A DNA stretch of 64,000 bases from Dehalococcoidia bacterium (GCA_965200975.1 OZ241740.1:108300-172299); one strand, 5' to 3'; positions 45,516-56,126 are shown, counted from the stretch's first letter. A program made the numbers and translations. The notes: generated from the sequence alone by a model not told the origin.

Positions 45516-46283
45516 TTGAATAACGGAATGAAGCTGCCGCCGTTCGATCTCTGGTACCGCCTCGGCCGCACGACTGCGCGCGTCTTTCTGCCGACCTTCG
45601 GCAGAGTGGAGGTCGTAGGCCGGGCCCGAGTGCCGGAGCATGGCCCGCTCATCGTCGCCGCGAACCATCAGAGCTTTGCCGATCCCCCGCTGATGGTGTA
45701 CGCCATCTCGCGCCCCCTGTTCTTCCTTGCGAAGCGCGGGCTGTTCAAGGGGCCTGTGGTGTCGTCCGCGCTCCGTATGTGGCACGCCTACCCCGTGAAT
45801 GAGGACGGCCAGGCGTCGGACTCGCTCCGGTGGGCGAGGACGATCCTCTCGCGCGACCGCGCGCTGCTTGTGTTCCCGGAGGGCAAGCGCAACCCCGGAG
45901 CGATGGGGGAAGGGAACGATGGGCTCACGTACCTTGCGCTGCGATCGGGCGCTCCCATCCTGCCGGTGGGGATCACCGGCACGGAGAAAGCCCCGACGCT
46001 GCTGCGCATCCCCTTCCACTTCCAGCGTCTGAAGGTGGTGATCGGCGAGGCGTTTCATCTGCCTGCCGTCGAGGGCCGGGTGGACCGCGCCGAGCTGCGG
46101 GAGATGACGCTTCGGATTATGACGAGCATCGCCGAGCTGCTTCCGCCCGACTACCGGGGCTGCTACGCCGAGAAAATGGACGCCGCCGCCAACGCTCCCG
46201 CCGAGGACGGCGAGGCTGGGCGCGCGCCGCTTTCGGGAGGCGCCGCGGGGTACGGCGAGCCGTCGGTAGCGTCCGGGGGATAG
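45516..46283 (+). CDS. plsC: 1-acyl-sn-glycerol-3-phosphate acyltransferase family protein
   Basis: 255 aa. HX4D motif NHQSFADP and FPEGKR. Confidence 0.8.
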   Translation: MNNGMKLPPFDLWYRLGRTTARVFLPTFGRVEVVGRARVPEHGPLIVAANHQSFADPPLMVYAISRPLFFLAKRGLFKGPVVSSALRMWHAYPVNEDGQASDSLRWARTILSRDRALLVFPEGKRNPGAMGEGNDGLTYLALRSGAPILPVGITGTEKAPTLLRIPFHFQRLKVVIGEAFHLPAVEGRVDRAELREMTLRIMTSIAELLPPDYRGCYAEKMDAAANAPAEDGEAGRAPLSGGAAGYGEPSVASGG

Positions 46284-46315
46284 AATCGGAAGGGCGGCGC
46301 GCCGGGGAGCCGCGC

Positions 46316-46344
46316 TAGACCAGCCCAGGCGCCTGTGCTAGCAT
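46316..46344 (+). promoter_or_regulatory. promoter TAGACC-N17-(TGC)TAGCAT for ppdK
   Basis: Extended -10 TGCTAGCAT at 46336-46344. The leader is about 110 nt and structured. Confidence 0.45.
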
Positions 46345-46458
46345 CGCCTGTCGGCGCAACGGCGGGATAAGGCCGTTGCCGCCGTGAGGCCCGTCGGGGC
46401 GGATTGGCGTACTACGCCCTGACGAACCGGGCCGGGAACGGGAAGAGGAGGAGACTCG

Positions 46459-49296
46459 ATGGCGACCGCAGCCGGCAAGATGGTGTACCGGCTCGCAGAG
46501 GGCGGGGCGGACATGGTCGGCCTGCTGGGCGGCAAGGGCGCTCACGCAAGCGAGATGGCGCGGATAGGCATTCCGGTGCCTCCGGGCTTTGTCATCACCA
46601 CCGAGGCCTCGCTCGAATACTTCCGGCGCGCGCGGGAGTTTCCCGAAGGGTTGTGGGACGACGTCGTCGCGAACGTCCACGCTCTGGAGCGAGAGACCGG
46701 GCGGGTGTTCGGCGATCCGGATAATCCGCTGGTCGTCTCTGTGCGCTCCGGCGCCCCGGTGTCGATGCCCGGCATGATGGACACCATCCTCAATATGGGC
46801 GTTGCCGACGCTACCGTCGACGGCGTCGCCCGCATGATGGGCGACGAACGGCCTGCGCTCGACGCCTTTCGCCGCCTCGCGCAGGGGTTCGGCGACGTCG
46901 TGCTCGGCATTCCGAAGGATCGGTTCGAGTCGGCGTTGACGGAGGCCAAGCGCGAGGCAGGGCTAGAGTTCGACTACGAATTGCAGCCCGACGCCCTCCG
47001 CCGGCTCATCGCCGAGTTCAAGGGGATCATCCGCGAGGCCACCGGCGAAGAGATGCCGTCGGACCCGTGGGAGCTGCTGCGGGCGTCCATCGAGGCGGTG
47101 TTCAGCTCGTGGAACAATCCGCGGGCCATCACCTACCGCGAGTTTCAGGGCATCTCGCACGATATGGGCACCGCGTGCGTGATTATGGCGATGGTGTTCG
47201 GCAACCTTGGCGACGACAGCGGCACCGGCGTGCTGTTTTCGCGCAGTCCGGCCACCGGCGAAAAGCTGCTCTACGGCGAGTTCCTTCCGAATGCCCAGGG
47301 AGAGGACGTAGTGGCGGGCATCCGTACGCCGCATCGCATCGGCGCGCTCGCGGCGACGTGGCCGGAGATATACCGCCAGATAGAAGAGACGGCGCGGCGG
47401 CTCGAGGCCCATTACGAGGATGTGCAGGACATCGAGTTCACGGTGGAGCGAGGCAAGCTCTACATACTCCAGACGCGTTCGGCCAAGCGCACCGCTCCTG
47501 CCGCTGTGCGCATCGCCGTCGATTTCGTCGACGAGGGCGTGCTGACGGAAGAGCAGGCCCTGGGCCGAGTAGAGGCGACCGAGGTGTCCGCCGTGCTGAT
47601 GCCCAGGTTCGTGGCGGAGGCCAAGAGCGCCGCAATCGCGGAAGGCCGCCTCCTCGCCGAGGGCGTTGGCGGCTCGCCGGGTGCCGCGTGCGGCGTCGTC
47701 GCGACCGACCCCGACCGGGCGGTCGAGATGGCGAACGCGGGCCAGCGCGTCGTGCTGGTGCGGCACGAAACGAGCCCCGACGACGTGCACGGCATCATCC
47801 GGGCTGCCGGCGTCCTGACCAGCCGCGGGGGGATGACGAGCCACGCCGCCGTGGTGACGCGCGGGCTGGGCAAGCCCTGCGTCGTGGGGTGCGAGGAGCT
47901 CCACTTCGACGCGAGCGGGCATGCGGCGACGGCGCGGGGGCAGACGATCGCCGAGGGCGATATCGTCAGCATCGACGGCAGCACAGGGGAAGTGTTCATC
48001 GGCGACGTGGAGACGGTGTCTCCCAAGCCGGAGGACCTGCACGAGCTGAACAGGCTGCTCACCTGGGCGGACGCCGCGCGCAAGCTCGAGATATGGGCGA
48101 ACGCCGACACTCCGGAGGACGCCCGTCGGGCGCGCGCCAACGGCGCTCAGGGAATCGGCCTCTGCCGCACGGAGCATATGTTCTTCGCCGAGGAGCGGCT
48201 TGCGCATATCCAACGGCTCTTGGCCCTTGGCCCCGAGGCGTCGGGCCTCATACGCCGGGCCAACGACCTCGCCGCCGCTCTCGAAACTGCGCCGGCTTCG
48301 GAGCGCGCCTCGCTCACCGAGCGGCTTGCGGCTGCAAGGGAGGAGGTCGCCAACTCCGGCGCGGTGCGCGAGTTCCACGCCGAGCTGTCGCGGCTCGAAC
48401 AGTTCCAGGCGGCGGACTTCTACGGCATTTTCAAGGCGATGGCGGCCTTGCCTGTGGTGATACGGCTGCTCGACGCGCCGCTGCACGAGTTCCTCCCCAG
48501 TTACGAGGTGCTCGTCCAAGAGGTCGCCGACCTGAAGCGCCGGGCGGACGAAGAGAGCGCGGAGGGTATCGAGGCGCGCGCCCTGCTCAGCGAACGCGAG
48601 GAGACGCTCGCGCTCGTCGAGCATCTGCACGAGTCGAACCCGATGCTTGGACACCGCGGCTGCCGGGTGGGTCTTACGATGCCTGAGATTTACGAGATGC
48701 AGGTGCGGGCTATCGTAACGGCGGCGTGCCGGCTTACCGCCGAGGGGCTGACCGTGTACCCAGAGATAATGATCCCCATCGTCTCGCACGTGAACGAGCT
48801 CAAGTGGCTGCGCCCGCGTCTGCGGAGCATCGCAAGCGCAACGCGGGAGGACCTAGGCGTCCATGTCTCCTACCTGTTCGGCACCATGATTGAGGTGCCG
48901 CGCGCAGCCCTGACCGCCGACGAAATAGCCTCCGAGGCGGAATTCTTCTCGTTCGGTTCGAACGACCTCACCCAGATGACGTTCGCCTTCAGCCGCGACG
49001 ATGCGGAGAGCAAGTTCCTGAACCATTACGTGAGCGAAGATATCCTGCCGAGGAACCCGTTCAACAGCCTGGACACCACCGGCGTAGGGAAGCTGATGCG
49101 AATGGCGACAACCGAGGCGCGCCGCGCGAATCCCGACTTCCCCATAGGCATCTGCGGCGAACATGGGGGCGACCCGCGCAGCGTGGCGTTCTGCAACGAG
49201 ATAGGGCTCAACTACGTAAGCGCGTCCCCCTTCCGCGTTCCCGTCGCCCGGCTGGCGGCGGCGCAAAGCGCCCTCGGCCAGCTGCGCTGGGACTAG
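46459..49296 (+). CDS. ppdK: pyruvate, phosphate dikinase
   Basis: 945 aa. Phospho-His motif TSRGGMTSHAAVV, GLCRTEHMF, SFGSNDLTQ and CGEHGGDP. Confidence 0.95.
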   Translation: MATAAGKMVYRLAEGGADMVGLLGGKGAHASEMARIGIPVPPGFVITTEASLEYFRRAREFPEGLWDDVVANVHALERETGRVFGDPDNPLVVSVRSGAPVSMPGMMDTILNMGVADATVDGVARMMGDERPALDAFRRLAQGFGDVVLGIPKDRFESALTEAKREAGLEFDYELQPDALRRLIAEFKGIIREATGEEMPSDPWELLRASIEAVFSSWNNPRAITYREFQGISHDMGTACVIMAMVFGNLGDDSGTGVLFSRSPATGEKLLYGEFLPNAQGEDVVAGIRTPHRIGALAATWPEIYRQIEETARRLEAHYEDVQDIEFTVERGKLYILQTRSAKRTAPAAVRIAVDFVDEGVLTEEQALGRVEATEVSAVLMPRFVAEAKSAAIAEGRLLAEGVGGSPGAACGVVATDPDRAVEMANAGQRVVLVRHETSPDDVHGIIRAAGVLTSRGGMTSHAAVVTRGLGKPCVVGCEELHFDASGHAATARGQTIAEGDIVSIDGSTGEVFIGDVETVSPKPEDLHELNRLLTWADAARKLEIWANADTPEDARRARANGAQGIGLCRTEHMFFAEERLAHIQRLLALGPEASGLIRRANDLAAALETAPASERASLTERLAAAREEVANSGAVREFHAELSRLEQFQAADFYGIFKAMAALPVVIRLLDAPLHEFLPSYEVLVQEVADLKRRADEESAEGIEARALLSEREETLALVEHLHESNPMLGHRGCRVGLTMPEIYEMQVRAIVTAACRLTAEGLTVYPEIMIPIVSHVNELKWLRPRLRSIASATREDLGVHVSYLFGTMIEVPRAALTADEIASEAEFFSFGSNDLTQMTFAFSRDDAESKFLNHYVSEDILPRNPFNSLDTTGVGKLMRMATTEARRANPDFPIGICGEHGGDPRSVAFCNEIGLNYVSASPFRVPVARLAAAQSALGQLRWD

Positions 49297-49328
49297 GCGC
49301 CGCCCTTTTCGGCACGGTTTCCGCGCCT

Positions 49329-49820
49329 ATGGCGACTCGCGATAGCGGCATAATCCGCCACTTCACCGCGACAGGGTTCGTCGTAGACGGCGGCGCGACG
49401 CTCCTTCACTGGCACCTGAAGGTGAAGGCGTGGCTTCCTCCGGGCGGCCACATCGAACCGAACGAAGACCCCGTGCAGGCGGCGCTCCGGGAGATATTCG
49501 AGGAGACCGGCGTGCGCGCCGAGGCGGTTGGCCGCGCCCCCTTCCTCGATATCGCGTACCCCCGGCAGGTCGCGCCGCCGTTCACCATAATGGTCGAAGA
49601 CATCGACGATCCGGAGAACGGCGCCCACCAGCACATCGATTTCATCTACTTCTGCCGTCCGGTGGGGCAGGCAGGCCCACTGCGTGAGGGGTGGAGGTGG
49701 GTGTCGCGCGAGGCGCTCGCGGAGGGCGCGCCGCTCGAACTCCCGGGCGGCGGGGCCGCCCCTCCGCCGGAAGACGTGCGGCGGCTGGCCGAGGAAGCGT
49801 TCCGGGCGATCGAAGGCTGA
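49329..49820 (+). CDS. NUDIX hydrolase
   Basis: 163 aa, Nudix box GGHIEPNEDPVQAALREIFEETG. Confidence 0.8.
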   Translation: MATRDSGIIRHFTATGFVVDGGATLLHWHLKVKAWLPPGGHIEPNEDPVQAALREIFEETGVRAEAVGRAPFLDIAYPRQVAPPFTIMVEDIDDPENGAHQHIDFIYFCRPVGQAGPLREGWRWVSREALAEGAPLELPGGGAAPPPEDVRRLAEEAFRAIEG

Positions 49821-49823
49821 CCA

Positions 49824-49862
49824 GCGCTGCTGGGAGAGCGTTCGCTCCCCCAGACCCCCTGG
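49824..49862 (+). repeat. 39-nt core copy of the GC-rich hairpin repeat family, followed by two degenerate units (to 49945)
   Basis: GCGCTGCTGGGAGAGCGTTCGCTCCCCCAGACCCCCTGG starts 4 nt after the NUDIX stop. Partial units at 49877-49908 and 49925-49945. Confidence 0.85.
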
Positions 49863-50030
49863 GAATGCGGGGCCGGGAGGAGCGTCTGTGTTACCCAGAC
49901 CCCCTGGGGAGGGGGCAGGGAGCAGGGAGCAGCGTTCGCGTTCCCAAACTGGCGATGCGCCAATCGGAAGAACGTCCGTTTTCCGGATTTCTCTCGTGGG
50001 CGCTGAGCGGCGGCTACGGCGTAGGAGAGA

Positions 50031-50059
50031 TTGACACGACTTTCACAATCTCTTACTAT
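50031..50059 (+). promoter_or_regulatory. near-consensus sigma-70-type promoter TTGACA-N17-TACTAT for glnA
   Basis: -35 at 50031-50036 and -10 at 50054-50059. The leader is about 70 nt and contains hairpin CCGGGGC-CTGC-GCCCCGG. Confidence 0.6.
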
Positions 50060-50135
50060 GCGTTCCCGGTCGCCGGGGCCTGCGCCCCGGTGTTCTGCGT
50101 TATGGCGCATCCCATGCCGGAGTCGGGAGGGGTCG

Positions 50136-51479
50136 ATGCCCACCACGCACGCCGAAGAAGCGCGGCAGTACGTTCTCCGCAGCGCGAAAGAGAACGACGT
50201 TAAGTTCATCCGCTTCTGGTTTACCGACATACTCGGCAACCTTAAAGGGTTTGCTGTTACAGACGCCGAACTCGAGGGCGCGCTCGAGCAGGGCATGGCG
50301 TTCGACGGCTCCACGGTGCAGGGGTTTGCCCGGCGCGACGAAAGCGACATGGTCGCGATGCCCGATCCCACGACGTTTTCGATTCTGCCGTGGCGCCCGC
50401 GCCAGAACGCCGTCGCCCGTATGTTCTGCGATGTGCTTCGCCCTTCGGGAGAGCCGTTCGAGGGCGACCCGCGCTACGTCCTGAAACTCGCTATCGACCG
50501 CGCCGCCGGGCTTGGCTACCAGTTCCAGGTAGGCCCGGAGATCGAGCATTTCTACGTGAAATCGGCCAGCGACCCGGAACCCATCGACGCGGGAGGCTAC
50601 TTCGACCAGACGACGCCGCTGGACGCTGCAGCGGACCTGCGCCGCGACACCGTGCTTGCCCTCGAAGAGATGGGCATTCCAGTCGAATACAGCCACCACG
50701 AGGTGGCTCACGGTCAGCACGAGATCGACCTGCGCCACACCGACGCGCTGACGATGGCCGACACGGTGATGACGTACCGGCAGGTGGTGAAAGAGGTCGC
50801 GATGGCCCGCGGCGTATACGCCACCTTTATGCCCAAGCCGTTCGAGGGCCAAAACGGCAACGGAATGCACGTCAATATGTCGCTCTCACAAGGCGACGAG
50901 AATGCGTTCTACGACGCGTCCTCGGAGTTCAAGCTCTCGCGCACGGCTCAGCAGTTCATTGCAGGGCTGCTTGCGCATGCGCCCGAAATAGCTTGCGTGT
51001 GCAACCAGTGGGTGAACTCTTACAAGCGGCTCATCCCCGGGTACGAGGCCCCGGCGTACGCAACCTGGGCGCCCGTGAACAGGTCGGACCTCATCCGCGT
51101 GCCGGCTTACCGCCCCGGGAGAGAGGCGTCGGTGCGCATCGAGTTTCGGCAGCCCGACCCGGCGTGCAACCCCTACCTGGCGTTCGCCGCCATGCTCACA
51201 GCGGGCCTTGCCGGCATCGAGCGGAGCTACGCTCCGGTGGCGCCGTCGGAGCGCGACGTGAATGGGCTGAGCGACGCGGAGCGGCAAGAGCAAGGCGTCG
51301 TCAGCCTGCCTGGCAGCCTGTACGAGGCGCTCCTGGCTGCGGAAAACAGCTGCGTGCTGCGCGCGGCTCTGGGCGCATACACGTACGAATCGTTGCTCGA
51401 GAACAAGCGCATCGAGTGGGACAGGTACCGAGCTGCAGTCACCGACTACGAGATCAAGCGGTACCTTCCCAACCTGTAA
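50136..51479 (+). CDS. glnA: glutamine synthetase type I
   Basis: 447 aa from ATG 50136 (SD GGGAGGGG). FDGSTVQGF, KPFEGQNGNGMHVNMS and NRSDLIRVP motifs. Confidence 0.93.
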   Translation: MPTTHAEEARQYVLRSAKENDVKFIRFWFTDILGNLKGFAVTDAELEGALEQGMAFDGSTVQGFARRDESDMVAMPDPTTFSILPWRPRQNAVARMFCDVLRPSGEPFEGDPRYVLKLAIDRAAGLGYQFQVGPEIEHFYVKSASDPEPIDAGGYFDQTTPLDAAADLRRDTVLALEEMGIPVEYSHHEVAHGQHEIDLRHTDALTMADTVMTYRQVVKEVAMARGVYATFMPKPFEGQNGNGMHVNMSLSQGDENAFYDASSEFKLSRTAQQFIAGLLAHAPEIACVCNQWVNSYKRLIPGYEAPAYATWAPVNRSDLIRVPAYRPGREASVRIEFRQPDPACNPYLAFAAMLTAGLAGIERSYAPVAPSERDVNGLSDAERQEQGVVSLPGSLYEALLAAENSCVLRAALGAYTYESLLENKRIEWDRYRAAVTDYEIKRYLPNL

Positions 51480-51524
51480 GGAGGAGGGCCGGCTCGCCGC
51501 CGAGCGGCCCCAACATCTGCCCAA

Positions 51525-54500
51525 TGCACTATCCCATTCCAACCGGCGCTCTGTACAACCCGCGTTTCGAGCATGATGCATGCGGCGTCGGGTTCGTCGC
51601 CGACGTCTCCGCCGTACGCAGCCGGGTTGTGCTCGACCGCGCCCTCGAGGCCGTCGTCAACGTAACCCACCGCGGCGCCGTCTCCGCCGACGGCAAGACA
51701 GGCGACGGCGCAGGCGTGCTCACGCAAATACCGACGGCGATCTTTGCGCCGGAGGCGGCGCGGCGCGGCGCGGTCGTAACCAACGACGGCGATCTTGCCG
51801 TGGGCGTCGTGTTCCTGCCTCAGGAGAACGCGCAGGCGGCACGCGCCATCATCGACGATGCGCTGCGCGGGCGCGGGCTCACCGTGCTCGGCTGGCGCGA
51901 AGTCCCCGTCGACGCGTCGGTCATCGGCGAGCGGGCGCTCGCCACGCTTCCGCGCATCGAGAACGTGCTGGCGGTGTGGCCGGAGGCGCCGGACGCGCAA
52001 GCGTTCACCCGCAGGCTCTATCTCGCGCGCAAAACGGCGGAGCGCGGGCTGGCCGATGCGGGCGTCGACTGCTACATCCCGTCGCTGTCGAATCGCACTA
52101 TCGTCTACAAGGGATTCCTCGTGGCGCCGCAGTTGCAGGCGTTCTACAAAGATCTCGACAACCCGGAGTTCACGACTGCGCTGGCGCTGCTGCATCAGCG
52201 GTACAGCACCAACACGTTCCCGAACTGGGCGCTGTCGCAGCCGTTTCGCATGCTTGGCCACAACGGCGAGATCAACACGCTCGAGGGGAACCGGAACTGG
52301 ATGCGCGCCCGCGAGCTCGCGTCCGCCGTCTGGGGGGACGACGTAGCCGACGTGCTGCCCGTCATACAGGAAGGATTCAGCGACTCGGCGAGCCTCGACA
52401 ACGTGCTCGAACTGCTGGTCGTGTCGGGGCGCGACCCGCTCCACGCGATGGCGATGCTCGTCCCCGAAGCGTGGGAGAACATGCCGCATATGGACCCCGT
52501 GCTTCGGGCGTTCTACGAATACCATGCGTGCCTCACAGAGCCGTGGGACGGCCCGGCGGCGCTCGCGTTCACCGACGGCGTGGTCGCGGCTGCGGCGCTC
52601 GACCGCAACGGCCTGCGTCCTGCGCGCTACAAGCTCGACGACGACAACATCTTCGTGATGGCGTCGGAGGTGGGCGCAACCCCTATGGACGACGCGCATG
52701 TGGTGGAGAAGGGCCGCATTGGGCCGGGCGAGATGATTGCGGTAGACACGGCAAGCCGGCGGCTCTTGCGCAACGCCGACATCAAGGCGCGGCTCGCCGC
52801 CGCCCAGCCGTACGGGGAATGGCTTTCGCGCAGAATGACCGCGGTGAGCGCCCCTGCGTCGCTCCCGCCGGAGCCCGAGCCGGCGACCGTAGAGGCGCGG
52901 AAGGCGTTCGCGTACACGACCGAAGAGGCGCACCTGGTGCTCCGCCCCCTGTACCTCGAGGGCGTGGAGCCGGTGGGCTCCCTGGGCGACGACACTCCGC
53001 TGTCGGTGCTTGCGCTGAAGCCGCGGCTGCTCTACAGCTACTTCCGGCAGCGGTTCGCGCAGGTGACCAACCCGCCAATCGACTCCTACCGCGAGAGCCT
53101 GGTGATGTCGCTCTACACCTACCTCGGCGCGCGCGGCTCGCTGCTGGAGGAGGCTGAGGAGCACGCCGGCCTCGTGCGGCTCGACTCGCCGATCCTCACC
53201 GCGGAGCAGTTCGCGGCAGTGCGCGACGAGGAAGGCCCCCTGCGCGCCCGCGTCCTGTCGGTGCTCTTCCCGGTTGCGGAAGGAGCGCAAGGGCTGCGGC
53301 GCGTGCTCGATGAGGCGTGCGCCGAAGCGGAGGGCGCGGTCGACGCCGGCTGCGGCGCCGTCATCCTGAGCGACAGAGGCGTGGACGCGAAGCACGCGGC
53401 CGTTCCGATGCTGCTGGCCGCCGGCGCGGTGCATCATCACCTCACGCGGGTGCGCAAGCGCCTGGAGGCGTCGCTCGTAGTCGAGACTGCAGATGCGCGG
53501 GACCCGCATCAGTTCGCGCTGCTCATCGGCTATGGCGTCAGTGCTATCCACCCCTATATGGCGTTCGAGACAATTGCGGCGCTCATCGACGAAGGGCACG
53601 ACTCGGACGTCGGCGCGGCGCGGGCGATTGCCACCTACATACGCACGATCAACAAGCAGCTGCTCAAGATAATGTCGAAGATGGGCATCTCGACGGTCAC
53701 GAGCTACCACGGCGCGCAGATATTCGAGGCCGTCGGACTCGACGCGGAAGTCGTGGAACGCTGTTTCGCGGGAACGCACTCCCCGGTGGGCGGCATCGGG
53801 TTCGACGGCGTCGCGCAGGAGACTCTGCGGCTGCACGAGGCCGCATTCGCCCCGCCGGAGACTGGCAAGGCCGCGAAGCTCGACGACTTCGGCTACTACC
53901 GCTACCGCCGCGACGGCGAGCCGCACGCGTTCTCCCCCGGCAGCGTCCGCACGCTCCACAAGGCGCTGCTCGACGAGACCTCCGCCGGCGCCGACGAGGG
54001 GTACGGGAAGTACCTGGAGCAGATCGACGGCGGCCCGCCGATTTCGCTGCGCGACCTGCTCGAGATCAGGCCTGCCGGCGCGGCCGTTCCCATCGAAGAA
54101 GTGGAGCCGGCCGCGGAGATAGTGAAACGCTTCAACGGCGGTTCGATGTCGTTCGGGGCGCTCAGCATCGAGGCGCACGAGGCTATCGCCATCGCCTTTA
54201 ACCGCGCCGGCAGCAAGAGCGGCAGCGGCGAGGGCGGAGAAGACCCGCGCCGGTTCCGGGAGCTGCGCGACGGCGACCGGACAGGCAGCAAGATGAAGCA
54301 GGTGGCTTCGGGCCGGTTCGGCGTTACGCCGGAGTATCTGGCGATGGCCGAGGTGCTGGAGATCAAGATGGCCCAGGGCTCGAAGCCCGGCGAGGGCGGT
54401 CAGCTGCCCGGTCACAAAGTGACGGAAATCATCGCCCGCGCGCGGCGCACCCAGCCGGGCGTGCCGCTCATCTCGCCTCCGCCGCACCACGACATCTATT

Positions 54501-56056
54501 CGATAGAAGACCTGAAGCAGCTCATCTACGACCTGAAGATAGTGAACCCCCGCGCGGCGGTCGCCGTGAAACTCGTCGCCGAGGCCGGCGTGGGCACTGT
54601 CGCGGCTGGCGTCGCGAAAGGGTACGCCGACTACGTGCTCATCTCGGGGGCGGAGGGTGGCACCGGCGCGTCGCCGTTGATGTCGATCAAGTACACAGGC
54701 TCCCCGTGGGAGCTGGGCCTCGCCGAAGCCAATCAGGTGCTCGTGATGAATGACCTGCGGGGCCGCGTTACGCTGCGCACCGACGGCGGGTTCCGGCGCG
54801 GGCGCGACGTTGCCGTCGCGGCGCTGCTCGGCGCCGAGGAGTTCGGGTTCGGCACCCAGGCGATGGTGGCGGTGGGCTGCCAGATTGCGCGTCAGTGCCA
54901 CCTCAATACGTGCCCGGTGGGCGTCGCGACGCAGGATGAAGATCTGCGCAAGAAGTTCTGGGGCGCGCCGGAGATGCTGGTGCGCTACCTCTTCCTGGTG
55001 GCCGAGGAGCTGCGCGCGGTTATGGCGAGCCTCGGCTTCCGCCGCGTCGAAGAGATGGTGGGGCGGGTCGACCTGCTCGCGCAGCGTGAGCTTCCGGGTC
55101 ACCCCAAGGCGAACGCCGTCGACCTCTCCGCGATGCTCGCCGTCGTCGATCCCGAAGGCGAGCGTCCCCGCTTCCACGTGCAGGAGCGCAATGACGAGCC
55201 GAACGACGTTGTGCTTGACGACGAGCTGCTGCCGCTAGTGCGGCAGGCGATCGACCTGCAGGGATCGGTGAAGGTGGAGCGGGAGATACGCAACGTCCAT
55301 CGCACGGTGGGCGCGCGCATCGCCGGCGAGATTGCCCTGCTCCATGGCGATGAGGGCCTTCCCGAGAACAGTATTGAGATGCGGTTCACTGGCTCGGCAG
55401 GGCAGAGTTTCGGCGCCTTTATGGTCGACGGCATGCATGTGCTGCTCGAGGGCGAGGCGAACGACTACGTCGGCAAGGGGATGCACGGCGGCGAACTGGT
55501 GATCCGTCCTGTCCCGGAGGCGCGGTTCCACGCGCACGACAACGTCATTATCGGCAACACGGTGCTCTACGGCGCTACAGGCGGGCGGATGTTCGCGTCC
55601 GGGCGCGCGGGAGAGCGGTTCGCGGTGCGGAATTCGGGCGTGTGGGCAGTGGTCGAGGGGGCGGGGGATCACGCCTGCGAGTACATGACCGGCGGAGTAG
55701 TGGTGATCCTTGGGCAGACGGGGCGGAACCTCGGAGCAGGAATGTCGGGCGGCGCGGCGTTCGTTCTCGACCTGCACGACGAGCTGCAGCACAACATGAA
55801 CCCCGAAATGGTCGGCGCTTCGCCGGTGGACGACGCGGAGGACGAGGAGCTGCTGCGCGCGCTCGTTGCGCGCCACCGCGAGCTCACGCACAGCGCGCGC
55901 GCTGCGGACGTGCTGGACAACTGGGCGATCTACCTGCCGAGGTTCAAGCGGGTGGCGCCGCTGCCGCACATCGCACCGCCGTCGCCGCGGGAGCAGCAGC
56001 GCGCGCGCCGCGACGCGATGCTCGCCGCCGGAGGCCGGGCCCCGTCGCGAGGGTAG
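51525..56056 (+). CDS. gltB: glutamate synthase large subunit, stand-alone (ferredoxin-GOGAT-like architecture)
   Basis: 1510 aa from ATG 51525. Ntn Cys in HDACGVGFVADV; FMN and 3Fe-4S region CQIARQCHLNTCPVGVATQD; C-terminal GXGXG beta-helix domain. No gltD follows. The ORF track entry (50390) is a read-through. Confidence 0.93.
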
Positions 56057-56078
56057 TGTCCCCGCGGCGCCAAACACC

Positions 56079-56107
56079 TTGTAGGGCGAGAGCGCCCGCG
56101 GTATAAT
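56079..56107 (+). promoter_or_regulatory. promoter TTGTAG-N17-TATAAT of the toxin-antitoxin module
   Basis: -35 at 56079-56084 and consensus -10 at 56102-56107, 23 nt after the gltB stop. Confidence 0.55.
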
Positions 56108-56126
56108 CGTTACCTGATAGGTAACG
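56108..56126. promoter_or_regulatory. operator-like perfect inverted repeat CGTTACC-N5-GGTAACG abutting the -10
   Basis: 7-bp arms at 56108-56114 and 56120-56126, covering the expected TSS. Confidence 0.5.

Noticed and set aside
49824-49945. Possible CRISPR array or minisatellite
   Set aside because: The units are of unequal length and only partly similar. There are no regular spacers and no cas genes. They are better explained as clustered REP-like elements.
50029-50050. TnrA/GlnR-type operator overlapping the glnA -35 (TGACACGACTTTCACA)
   Set aside because: It only loosely resembles TGTNA-N7-TNACA or actinobacterial GlnR boxes. There is no second half-site of adequate quality.
51446-55177. 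1243-aa ORF on the minus strand
   Set aside because: Antisense shadow of gltB. The sequence is Arg/Ala/Gly-rich and low in complexity, with no recognisable domain.
50390-56056. ORF-track entries with long N-terminal extensions (also 13161..14531, 19557..21479, 27429..28763, 28346..29548, 16571..17743, 29281..30609)
   Set aside because: These upstream in-frame read-throughs overlap the preceding genes. Internal starts with good SDs and family-typical N-termini were used instead.
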